Positions 16,023 through 24,466 are shown, numbered from the stretch's first letter. The stretch is 32,000 nt of DNA from Candidatus Obscuribacterales bacterium (GCA_019750335.1 JAIEOQ010000008.1:688293-720292); one strand, 5' to 3'. Made by a program: numbers and translations. Notes: a model not told the origin generated them from the letters alone.

Positions 16023-17093
16023 CTAGACGCCGTAAGCGGTGCGCAAACGGCGGCGAATCTCGTCACTCTTACGTTTCGAAAGCGGAATCTGCCCGAGAGC
16101 GACCAGATTGCACTTGCCGAAATGAGCCAGGGTCCAGCCGAAATGCCGCTGATACAGCCAGTACTCGTGGGTCATATCGGTCAGGGTGAACAAAGTGCCG
16201 TCGATGTCGACGGTCATGAGCACGTTACGCTCGAACAGTTCGTCGGCGTTGTGCTCGGCAAAGCTTGCCACCTGACCGGTAACCACGTTGCTCGTGATGC
16301 AGATGGTGCAGATACGCTTGCCTTGCTTGTCACCGCGGAAGCCGTGACCGAGCTCGATGATGCCGTACTCTTCGAGCAAGCGCACATCTTCGGCGGTCGG
16401 TTCTTCGGTCTCCCAAAGGTGGACCGTCGGTTCGATGCCGAATTGTCGAACACGCATGGCCGCCGGCAGCCACCAGGCAAGAATGCCCGAATTGGCATGT
16501 TCGTCGGCAGCCAAGTCAAAGTTGCAAACATGCTCTTTGTACTGGATCGCCAGATCGGCAAGCTTCTGAGCCATGTCGGCGTTCTCGTGGCGAAGCGCAC
16601 AAACAATCAGCTTGACCGGAATCGACGCTTCGTCCACCGCCTTGACGACGGCGTCCATCACCTGTTCCAAACTCAAACCGTTTTGCGTATGCAACTGCGG
16701 AGCGAAACGCAGCTTCATGGCGACGACACCATCGGCGACAGCATCCTTGATCCGCTCTTTGGTGATGCGGTAGATGTTGTCGGCCGTTTGCATTACCGGC
16801 AGCACGTGCCAGACGATGGCTTCGACATAGTTCTTGAGCGACGCCGAAGCGTGTTTGGCGATGTGCTTTTGATACACCTGACCGGTCGAGAAGCGCTTGC
16901 GACGGCTCTTACCGGCAGCCTTCCAGGCCGCGACGATCTCTTCCGGAAAAGCCAGGCGCGCCTGCTCGAAGCCGACTGCTTCCCAGAGCTCAAGCAAAGT
17001 TTGCGGTCGCACCGAACAATCGAGGTGATCATGAGTGATGATCTTCGGCAGGGCGCGAAATTGCTTCTTGGTCAGCTTTCTTTGATTCTTCAT
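16023..17093 (-). CDS. Adenosine/AMP-deaminase-family metallo-hydrolase (divergent)
   Basis: The track ORF is 16023..17138. ATG at 17093 has GGAG 6 nt upstream. Motifs are LPKIITHDHLDCSVRPQTLL (HxH), NFDLAADEH, TVHLWETEE (H..E), ELGHGF, CITSN and TVDIDGT. Confidence 0.75.
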   Translation of the reverse strand: MKNQRKLTKKQFRALPKIITHDHLDCSVRPQTLLELWEAVGFEQARLAFPEEIVAAWKAAGKSRRKRFSTGQVYQKHIAKHASASLKNYVEAIVWHVLPVMQTADNIYRITKERIKDAVADGVVAMKLRFAPQLHTQNGLSLEQVMDAVVKAVDEASIPVKLIVCALRHENADMAQKLADLAIQYKEHVCNFDLAADEHANSGILAWWLPAAMRVRQFGIEPTVHLWETEEPTAEDVRLLEEYGIIELGHGFRGDKQGKRICTICITSNVVTGQVASFAEHNADELFERNVLMTVDIDGTLFTLTDMTHEYWLYQRHFGWTLAHFGKCNLVALGQIPLSKRKSDEIRRRLRTAYGV

Positions 17094-17193
17094 AACAGCT
17101 CCAATGAAATCACATGAAGGTAAGAGTTTCCACAACAAATCAATCCATCCGCGGTGGTAGGATCTTCTCCGAATACCGCGGAGCTACTGACAA

Positions 17194-17553
17194 ATGGTTG
17201 ATGAATCGAACAGAACCGACAGGCCGTGGGGCAGCTTCTTTATTCTTGAAGACAGCGAACGCACCAAGGTTAAGCGGCTTTTGGTCAAACCAGGTGAGCG
17301 CCTGAGCTTGCAAAGTCACGAACACCGCGACGAACATTGGGTAATCATTCGCGGTAGAGCTTTGGTTACTCTTGACGATCAACAACTTGAATACGGCTAC
17401 GGAGAGTATGTCTTCGTCCGCCGCGGTACCCGTCACCGGCTCGCCTGTGTTGGTGACGAGCCGGTAGAGATTATCGAAGTCCAGGTCGGTGATTCATTCG
17501 CCGAAGAGGACATTAAACGCTTCAGCGACGACTACGGTCGGGTCGCCGAATAA
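17194..17553 (+). CDS. Cupin-domain protein resembling the C-terminal cupin of type II mannose-6-phosphate isomerase
   Basis: Track ORF of 119 aa. Motifs are RPWGSF, KVKRLLVKPGERLSLQSHEHRDEHWVIIRG, GTRHRL and IEVQVGDSFAEEDIKRFSDDYGR. Confidence 0.8.
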   Translation: MVDESNRTDRPWGSFFILEDSERTKVKRLLVKPGERLSLQSHEHRDEHWVIIRGRALVTLDDQQLEYGYGEYVFVRRGTRHRLACVGDEPVEIIEVQVGDSFAEEDIKRFSDDYGRVAE

Positions 17554-17562
17554 TTTGCCCTG

Positions 17563-18429
17563 CTAGCCCATTCCCCAAGCCAGCAGAATCACTGACAAAC
17601 CGTTGTTCATGGCGTGTACCAGCATCGGGCAGTAAAGACTGCCGCTACGCCGGTACAGCTCACCGAGCACGCAACCGTGAAGGAAGAGCAAAAGAAGCGT
17701 CGTCGGATTAAATTGAAAATGAGCTACGGAAAAGACTGCGGCACTGAACAACACAGCGCCAAGATCGGCTAGAGTCGGACTCCAAGAAGCACGAAGGCTG
17801 GAGCGTAGCGAGTTCAGGAAGAAACCGCGATAAACAATCTCCTCAAACACCGGCGCACCGATAGCAGCCAGCAAGCCGAAGGCAAGCAAGCTACCACCGA
17901 AGAGCGTTTTAGCCAGCTCTGCCGTCGGTTGAACCGGAGGCGGCAAAACCAAGAGAACAGCCATTTCCAGGGCTTTGATTAAGGCAAACGCTCCAAGAGC
18001 GCGCCAGAGTACCGCCCAAAAGGTAGCACCGCACCAACTCCCGCGCAGGGTGTCAGCATTGAGAGACAAAATGCTGCGCCAGCTTTGATCTTTAGCAAGA
18101 AGCTTGCGGCTGAGGTATTTCACCTGCAAACCGAAGCCGCAAAGAAAGCTGGCAACAACAATAGTCATATTCACATGCTGGTAAAGACGACCTTCTTCAT
18201 CGGCAATCAGCCGGAAGATGGGCAAAGCGATACGATAATCCACCTTAGCCAACAACCAGACCAAACCGAGAAAGACCCCCGGCACAATAAAGCTGCCGAG
18301 CAAAAACAACAGAAATGAGACGATATAAGCCCAGCCCAGCTTATTCAAGCTGAGGGGGAATTCGGCGGCCAGCCGAACTTTAGGGCGAACAATAAAGTCC
18401 GCCCCCCAGCGAAAGATTTGGGAGAACAT
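17563..18429 (-). CDS. CPBP-family (CAAX/Abi) intramembrane glutamic endopeptidase
   Basis: The track ORF is 17563..18486. The ATG at 18429 (MFSQIF) is preferred. Motifs are FEEIVYRGF, FSVAHF and HAMNNG. The protein has multiple TM segments. Confidence 0.8.
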   Translation of the reverse strand: MFSQIFRWGADFIVRPKVRLAAEFPLSLNKLGWAYIVSFLLFLLGSFIVPGVFLGLVWLLAKVDYRIALPIFRLIADEEGRLYQHVNMTIVVASFLCGFGLQVKYLSRKLLAKDQSWRSILSLNADTLRGSWCGATFWAVLWRALGAFALIKALEMAVLLVLPPPVQPTAELAKTLFGGSLLAFGLLAAIGAPVFEEIVYRGFFLNSLRSSLRASWSPTLADLGAVLFSAAVFSVAHFQFNPTTLLLLFLHGCVLGELYRRSGSLYCPMLVHAMNNGLSVILLAWGMG

Positions 18430-19301
18430 AAGGAGGTTCCTTGTGAACTTAACTGCCGGTGTCAGCGGAGTTAAGCTCCGAAGCACCTTTGGTTATTTGA
18501 AACTAGAAGCGGTAAAAAACATGAAGCCTCATAACACGGGGTGTCGAAAGTGTTTTATGCGAAATCAGTGAACTATGCTGGCTTTGCTGTCCTAATTGGC
18601 GTAAAAAAACGAATACAGAATGACCGTAGCCAAGACCACCCCAAACAAGCAAGGCTGCCAAGGTGTTTTTAGAGAGTTTATAAGGTGAAAATCAGCCAAG
18701 GCGACCAGCTTTAGGACAATAACCTTCTAGCCCTAAGCAACTAAAATCCGCCCCGGCGTGCTTTTAAATAACTATAGGTCTTTTAAGTAACTGATCTGAT
18801 TCTGATCTCGTAACAGTTAGCGCAGCATGCTCAATCAAATCAACAAGGGATATAAGAGCCATATAAAGCACCCATATTCAAGGGCTAGCGCTACCCTTGC
18901 AAAATGTCAAAAAACTGGCAGAGACCTTCTTTAGGACTAAATCAAAATCCCAAAAGGCTTCTCTCAACTGAAAATATCCTTCAAGAGCAAGAATATTTCA
19001 TGGTTATAGACGTTGACTGAGAGCAAAAGAAAAATATACGTTGAGTTCCTATTCCCTTTTGTTTTTTGGATGAGAAGTTAGCCCGCCTTTGCCGCAACTG
19101 AACCCAAAGTTTTTCTAGCCTGTCAAAGGTTTTGATTTGCAGTACTCGCCTGTGAGTGACTGCCTGACCAACATTCACACTATCCGTCGTCTACGCAGCA
19201 CGGAGCGGCTTCTGCTTGCTCCTGGCGGTGTTCGCGTATGCCGGATCCCATTTGAACGACCAATTCCGAAAGTCGGATTTGGTCCAGAAAGGATTTGTAT
19301 T

Positions 19302-20636
19302 ATGAGAACCACTGTTTCAAAAATGGCATTCCAGAATGCCCGCATGAAAAGGCTTGCCAAGGACGCCTACGACGCGACCTCTTTGGAAACCGTGCGCAGT
19401 GCTCTGGCTCGCCACAACACTTTGCGCCTGATCCGCTACTCAAACGGCGGCGCTTCCGCTGTTACGCCCCTCGACCTTTTTTGTTTGGAAGCCGGTCTCG
19501 ACGGTCTCTTGATCAATATGTGGGACCGCGACTCGATCTTCCAAGCAATCGGTGAACTGGAAGCCGAACTCGATCCGAAACTTGGCTGCGGACTTAAAGT
19601 CGAAGCCGGTGCTTGGAAGCGGGGTTTGGACGCCAGCCTGATTCACCACCACCGTTACCAGTCGCGATTTTTGGACATCATTGCCGACCGCAAGTCCGGC
19701 TATGACTTCGGCGCTCGTCCGAATATCCGCTATAACGCTGCCGGTTTGTTCGAGGTGGTTGATCCCTGGGGTCACGCTCAGAATGACGCTCTCGGCGCAA
19801 TCAACTACCTGCAATTCTACGGTCTGAATCGTGGTTTGCTCAACTGGGATGAGTGCAGCAAAGAAGCACAGTTCAACTCTGTACCGGCTTTGATGCACCA
19901 TTATTTCTGGAAGATTTGCGTCTGGGTCGACTGGGAGCTTGGCGCCTGGGAAGACAAGAACGCCGAACACGCCTCCTCCATCGGTGTTGTGCTGGCAAGC
20001 TTGCGCGAGCAAGCCACGTTCTTGAACACTCACGGCAAAAACTTGCAGTACCATGCTGACGGGCGCAAATTCTGCGTTACCGAGAAGGGTGTCCGCGAAT
20101 TGATCGAACATTGCGAAACGAAGCTCCGCGAAATTCTGCCCAACGAATTCATTCGTTCGGACAAGAATGAAGTGCGGCGTTCAGATGTCGCTATCGTCAA
20201 TGCCATGTTCCTTTCGGCTCTGTCCGGTCGCCCGCTCCTCGACGACAACATGACTCTCACCTTGATCAGCAACCTGGAGAACGATCTCATGGGTCATATC
20301 GGCTTCAGCCGATACCCCGGGGACATCTGGGATGGTCGAGTCAATCGGCCGGGAGTTCCTTCAGCGCAGTGGAGCCACGTCTCGCCGATGATCTCTTACA
20401 TCATGGGCGAAATGTACCAGCGCACTGGCAAAAAGGAACATTTCGACGCTCAGGTTTTCCACTTCAACCGTACTCTGGCTCAGGTAAACGATCGTTGGCA
20501 CCTGCCCGAAGCCTACATCGTCGACCCGGTATCCAACGACTGGGTTTCGGACGCCAATGAGTCTTTGGCTTGGGCTCAAGCCATGGCCATCTGCGCCTTT
20601 GCCGGCATGAAGAAAAGTCTGAACAAGTCGCACTAA
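19302..20636 (+). CDS. GH15-like (alpha/alpha)6-barrel protein resembling the glucoamylase-like domain of phosphorylase kinase alpha/beta
   Basis: The track ORF is 19137..20636 (TTG). ATG at 19302 has AAAGGA upstream. Motifs are MWDRDSIF, WGHAQNDALGAINYLQFYGL, GAWEDKNAEHASSIGVVLASL, RRSDVAIVNAM and GFSRYPGDIWDG. Confidence 0.7.
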   Translation: MRTTVSKMAFQNARMKRLAKDAYDATSLETVRSALARHNTLRLIRYSNGGASAVTPLDLFCLEAGLDGLLINMWDRDSIFQAIGELEAELDPKLGCGLKVEAGAWKRGLDASLIHHHRYQSRFLDIIADRKSGYDFGARPNIRYNAAGLFEVVDPWGHAQNDALGAINYLQFYGLNRGLLNWDECSKEAQFNSVPALMHHYFWKICVWVDWELGAWEDKNAEHASSIGVVLASLREQATFLNTHGKNLQYHADGRKFCVTEKGVRELIEHCETKLREILPNEFIRSDKNEVRRSDVAIVNAMFLSALSGRPLLDDNMTLTLISNLENDLMGHIGFSRYPGDIWDGRVNRPGVPSAQWSHVSPMISYIMGEMYQRTGKKEHFDAQVFHFNRTLAQVNDRWHLPEAYIVDPVSNDWVSDANESLAWAQAMAICAFAGMKKSLNKSH

Positions 20637-20662
20637 TCGGCGACTTGTGATTTACAAACCGC

Positions 20663-20702
20663 GAGGGTCTTGGAGCTAAGAACTCCCAGACCCTCTTTTT
20701 TT
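20663..20702 (+). terminator. Rho-independent terminator
   Basis: GAGGGTCTTGGAG (20663-20675) pairs with CTCCCAGACCCTC (20683-20695) with one mismatch, followed by TTTTTTT. Confidence 0.7.
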
Positions 20703-20726
20703 GCAATTGTTTTACCATATCATATC

Positions 20727-20769
20727 GTAGATAATTTGAAAAAGAGAAGACATCTTGTGCCTGGGATGC
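20727..20769 (-). terminator. Rho-independent terminator for the patatin-like gene
   Basis: The minus-strand RNA reads AAGAGAAGGCAUC, loop, GAUGUCUUCUCUU, then UUUUC. Confidence 0.55.
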
Positions 20770-20781
20770 CTTCTCTTCTGA

Positions 20782-21798
20782 TTAAGTCTCACAGATAGCC
20801 TGAAAAGCGCTGATGTTGACCGTCGGCGCCGAGAGTTCGGCAAACCGAGCTTCATCAAGCAAGCCAGCCGTCTTCAACTCCGTCAAAGCAGCGACATAGC
20901 CGGCAATCACCGCACCCCACTTCTGCTCAGCCGTGAGGGTGAACTGCAGCGAAGGAAACTGATTGACCGCCGGCGTAATCACCATGCTGCCTTCAGCTTG
21001 CCAGAGCGTCGGCGTTTTTTCATCCTTCGGCCAAACACAATGGTTGCCGCAGAAAACTCGCCAGAAATTATTGACAAAGCGCGACCAATAGCCAGCTTCA
21101 CGGTCACCAACGTCGCAAGCGACAACTTCATTGGCTTGCGACTTAAAGTGATTAACCACCACGCCAATCGGGCATTGTCCGTCATTGCTGAGGGCGCCGT
21201 CGAAGAGATAGACCCCGTTATATTGCGCCGGCTCAATAATGCCCGGCACAGCACAACTGGCACGAATAGCCAAACCGAGCGGAGCCGGATGAGCCGAAAC
21301 CTGACGGACCGTGCCATCTTCCAAATATTGGAAAACTCCCTTGCTGGTAAAAATCACTTGAGTTTTACCGGCAACAGCCATAGTCCAATACTTTTCGGGC
21401 CAAGCCGTGACCAGCTTGTCGATAAAATCGCCCAGCTTTTCAGATCCCATAACCGCGCGGCGCGGACGAGTTTGGGCCAGACGTTCCTTGAGCAAGAAAG
21501 CAAGGAAGGTCATAAAAATGTTGGTGCGGCGACTGAGCAAGCTGGCAAAATCGATGTCGACTGCCAACTTAACCATTTTGCCTGCCGGCCAACCAGCAGC
21601 AATAAACAAACTGGGAATCGAACCACCGCTTACGCCACCCATCGAGCGCCAATCATTATGCCCAGCTTTGGAAAGAGCCAAGATGGCACCGGCACTACCG
21701 AGGATTGCTCGTGAGCCACCGCTGCCGCAGAGCAAATGCTTATTGTCAAGATTTCGCAGTGAATGGTTCGTAGCAACGGTCCCCTGGATCGTTGACAT
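20782..21798 (-). CDS. Patatin-like phospholipase
   Basis: The track ORF is 20782..21897. ATG at 21798 has AGGA 8 nt upstream, and ATG at 21807 is an alternative. Motifs are GSGGSRAILGSAG (oxyanion Gly-rich), GVSGGS (GxSxG) and FDGALSNDG (DGA). Confidence 0.8.
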   Translation of the reverse strand: MSTIQGTVATNHSLRNLDNKHLLCGSGGSRAILGSAGAILALSKAGHNDWRSMGGVSGGSIPSLFIAAGWPAGKMVKLAVDIDFASLLSRRTNIFMTFLAFLLKERLAQTRPRRAVMGSEKLGDFIDKLVTAWPEKYWTMAVAGKTQVIFTSKGVFQYLEDGTVRQVSAHPAPLGLAIRASCAVPGIIEPAQYNGVYLFDGALSNDGQCPIGVVVNHFKSQANEVVACDVGDREAGYWSRFVNNFWRVFCGNHCVWPKDEKTPTLWQAEGSMVITPAVNQFPSLQFTLTAEQKWGAVIAGYVAALTELKTAGLLDEARFAELSAPTVNISAFQAICET

Positions 21799-22445
21799 AG
21801 TCAGCATCCTATTCGCCAAGAGCGAATTAACGCGAACGAAACACCAGCGGCCAACGAGGTCGCATAGTGCAAAGTTCAAAAGCCCGAAAACGAGCAAGTA
21901 ATGAGGTGTCAGGTTGAAATCAGAAAGGTTTGGTTTACCAACTTAAAAAGCAAAATGTTCACTTAAGCAGCCGCATGTTATTAACCTGGGACCTACAGTC
22001 GCAATGGTACTAAGGGCTCTTTTTCTGAAACTTTTCTTCAACAATTACGGCGCAACAATTGCACTAGCCGAATCATCATTACAACCAAATATTTTCAAAC
22101 TTTTGACCTTTATCTTGAAAAGCCCTGTTTGCTGCCGTTATATGGGAAATCGGAAGCGACATTCAATATTGCTCAGCACCAAATACAATACTAAAACCAA
22201 GCCAAGAGGCGTGAACAAACCGCGTAGCACCTGGTTGTCAGTCGAGCTTTTCTACGCCGCTCCAAAAAGCGTCACAGTTAACCAGGTTTTGCTAGCTCCT
22301 CAAATCACTTGCGCTCTTCCTGGCAAGCCGGTTTCTCCTTGATTTTGAGATCCTCTAAGAAATAGGCTTTCGACACTCTTACTTATTTCATTTCACACAA
22401 CCTAAACAAGAAGTCCACTGTCACTGCTTTCTTGATTATTTAGCT

Positions 22446-22460
22446 CGGACAACTTGTCCG
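22446..22460. promoter_or_regulatory. Candidate operator palindrome upstream of the acyl-CoA ligase gene
   Basis: CGGACAA-c-TTGTCCG has perfect 7+7 arms and lies about 77 nt upstream of ATG 22537. Confidence 0.2.
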
Positions 22461-22536
22461 GTTGTGAAGTACTGATACAGCCACGCTTCTTAGGCTGGCA
22501 AATCCACTTGGATTCACGCACAGCGGAGATTCAAAC

Positions 22537-24429
22537 ATGAGCACTCAACATGACATTTTGATTGGTCGATTCTGGTCCCACGTTTTTCAATCTTCCGAAA
22601 ATACCGCCATTTTGCTCAAGATGAAGTCCAATGGCGGCTCATCCCAAAACGAAATCGCAGTGCCGGCTATCGACTGGAAACATAGCGGCTATGCCGTTGC
22701 CAGTATCATGGCTTATCTGCGCAAGGAAGGCATAAGCAAAGGGGACCGCGTTGCCATCCTCGCTTGGAATTGTCCGGAATGGATGTGGGCAGATCTGGCG
22801 ATCCAAAGTCTCGGCGCTGTAACAGTGCCGATTTATCCGCACTCAGCAGCGGATCAAGTGAACTTCATTGTCAACAACGCAAAAGCAAAACTTGTTTTGT
22901 CCAATGAAGAAGAGCAGCTGCGCAAAGTAACAGCCGCCAAAGCTGTGCATTTCGACGATATCGCACCGGCAGTTGAGCCGACCACCGGTTATTATCCGCG
23001 CAAAACTTTCCACATGCGTTTCTGCTCTCACCCCAGCCTGAGAGAGTATCCGCTCAGTCTGGAATACGCGGCGCACTGGGCACCGGTAAAAGAAGAGCTA
23101 AAAACAATCGAAGCTGCCTTAGCCAGCAATTCGCCTTTCCTCGGTGTTACGCAAGACGACGTAGCGACGATCATCTACACGTCAGGCTCAACCGGGGTAC
23201 CCAAGGGCGTCGTGCTCAGTCACGGCAACATTGCTGCAGCTTGCCGCTCCCTAACCAAACACGGGTTCAGCCATGACCCGCTTGTTGACGTATACATCAG
23301 CTTCTTGCCTGCCGCCCATATTTACGAACGTGTGGACGGCATCGCTATGGCGGTATGGCATGGTGTGCCTATCGGCTTCTGCAAAATTGATGAGCTCGGC
23401 GACGCTCTGAAAATTTTCCGGCCGACCTTGATCCTCGGCGTTCCTGCTGTCTGGCGCAAGATGAAAGAGCGAATCGAAAGTCGCCTCAACGCTACTAGCG
23501 GTATCAAAGGCTGCCTGATCCGCTGGGCGATGAAAGTACCGAACAGCGGCATGCAACACTGGCTTGCCGAAAAGCTCGTGTTCAAAACAATTCGTGCCGA
23601 ACTCGGTGGACGACTACGAGTAATGCTCTCCGGTGGTGCACCGATCTCCGCCGATGTGCTGCAATTTTTCCGCCAAATTGGTTTGGAATTACTACAAGGC
23701 TATGGTTTGACTGAAACCACTGGCGGTATCAGCACCAATCGACCGATTCGTGCCGCCGGTTGCCGTACATGCAACAAAATCGGCTCAGTAGGACCGATGG
23801 TCCCAGAGATGGAAGTTTTCATTTCGCCCGAACCGGGAAGGGCTCCGGGTGAAGGTGAAATTTGGCTGCGCGGTTCGCTAATTTTCCTCGGTTACTGGGA
23901 ATTGCCCGAAGAGAATGCAAAAGCGTTTTCGCCGGATGGTTGGTTCAAAACAGGCGATCTCGGACGGGTCGACGAAGATGGCTTTCTCTATATTACCGGG
24001 CGCAAGAAACGCATGCTGAAAAGCGACGGCGGTAAATTTCTTGCTTCGGAAAAAGCAGAAAAGGCTTTTGAAAGCGATCCGATCGTGCAGTACGTAGTGC
24101 CGGTTGGAGATGGTAAGCCGTTTTTTAGCGGTCTTATTTTTCTCAACCAGCAAGTGGCTCGCGAGCGGCTTGGACGCCCTGTCCCTTCAGGCGTCGACCC
24201 GATGGTTTATTTGTCCGAGCAACCGGAAATCATCGCCGCCGTGCAAAAAGCTTTTGAAACAGCCAACGCCCAACTCGAGCGCTGGGAGACCTTGAAAAAG
24301 TTCCGCATTCTTCCGGTGGAAGCTCTTGTCGCTAACGGCTATTTAACGCCGACATTGAAGATTCGCACCGAAGAAGTGCTCAAACACTTCGCCGAGGCAA
24401 TCGAAAGCCTTTACGCTAAAAAGTCTTAG
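22537..24429 (+). CDS. Long-chain-fatty-acid--CoA ligase-like AMP-binding enzyme
   Basis: Track ORF of 630 aa. Motifs are IIYTSGSTGVPKGVVLSHGN, GYGLTETTG, GWFKTGDLGRVDEDGFLYITGRKK and TPTLKIR. GGAG lies 8 nt upstream. Confidence 0.85.
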   Translation: MSTQHDILIGRFWSHVFQSSENTAILLKMKSNGGSSQNEIAVPAIDWKHSGYAVASIMAYLRKEGISKGDRVAILAWNCPEWMWADLAIQSLGAVTVPIYPHSAADQVNFIVNNAKAKLVLSNEEEQLRKVTAAKAVHFDDIAPAVEPTTGYYPRKTFHMRFCSHPSLREYPLSLEYAAHWAPVKEELKTIEAALASNSPFLGVTQDDVATIIYTSGSTGVPKGVVLSHGNIAAACRSLTKHGFSHDPLVDVYISFLPAAHIYERVDGIAMAVWHGVPIGFCKIDELGDALKIFRPTLILGVPAVWRKMKERIESRLNATSGIKGCLIRWAMKVPNSGMQHWLAEKLVFKTIRAELGGRLRVMLSGGAPISADVLQFFRQIGLELLQGYGLTETTGGISTNRPIRAAGCRTCNKIGSVGPMVPEMEVFISPEPGRAPGEGEIWLRGSLIFLGYWELPEENAKAFSPDGWFKTGDLGRVDEDGFLYITGRKKRMLKSDGGKFLASEKAEKAFESDPIVQYVVPVGDGKPFFSGLIFLNQQVARERLGRPVPSGVDPMVYLSEQPEIIAAVQKAFETANAQLERWETLKKFRILPVEALVANGYLTPTLKIRTEEVLKHFAEAIESLYAKKS

Positions 24430-24440
24430 AAGAGCAACAA

Positions 24441-24466
24441 GAGGGGGCTGCATTAGCAGCCCCCTC
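24441..24466 (+). other. Perfect 11-bp GC-rich stem with an ATTA tetraloop, in the intergenic gap
   Basis: GAGGGGGCTGC-ATTA-GCAGCCCCCTC. It has no U-tract (TCAACC follows), so it may be an mRNA stabiliser or a partial terminator. Confidence 0.4.

Noticed and set aside
16122-17117. A 331-aa + strand ORF overlapping the deaminase gene. The shorter 16214..16606, 16357..16569, 16573..16773 and 16793..17032 ORFs fall in the same region.
   Set aside because: The opposite strand encodes the adenosine-deaminase-family protein with conserved HxH, GHG and D-x-D motifs. The antisense translation has no recognisable features.
18813-18826. The 14-mer ACAGTTAGCGCAGC is shared with 28274-28287. Both copies lie in long upstream regions of + strand genes.
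   Set aside because: A few chance 14-mer matches are expected in 32 kb on two strands. The flanks do not extend the match, so I do not regard it as a shared regulatory site without genome-wide support.
19440-21714. Antisense ORFs inside the GH15-like gene (19440..20111, 223 aa) and the patatin-like gene (20998..21714, 238 aa; 21407..21901, 164 aa).
   Set aside because: They oppose ORFs with family motifs, have no SDs, and their translations are low complexity.
16023-21798. Known anti-phage systems, considered because a deaminase (RADAR/Cad1-like), a patatin (CBASS CapV-like) and a CPBP/Abi protease are present.
   Set aside because: The partner genes are absent: no RdrA ATPase, CD-NTase, CARF/SAVED or cyclase. 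The deaminase is far smaller than RdrB. The three genes are separate transcription units. I flagged only the deaminase divergence, at low interest.
22004-22342. A 112-aa + strand ORF in the long spacer.
   Set aside because: It has no SD and an odd composition, with no recognisable motif or TM pattern. It lies in AT-rich DNA where chance ORFs are common. I kept it only as part of the orphan-spacer finding.
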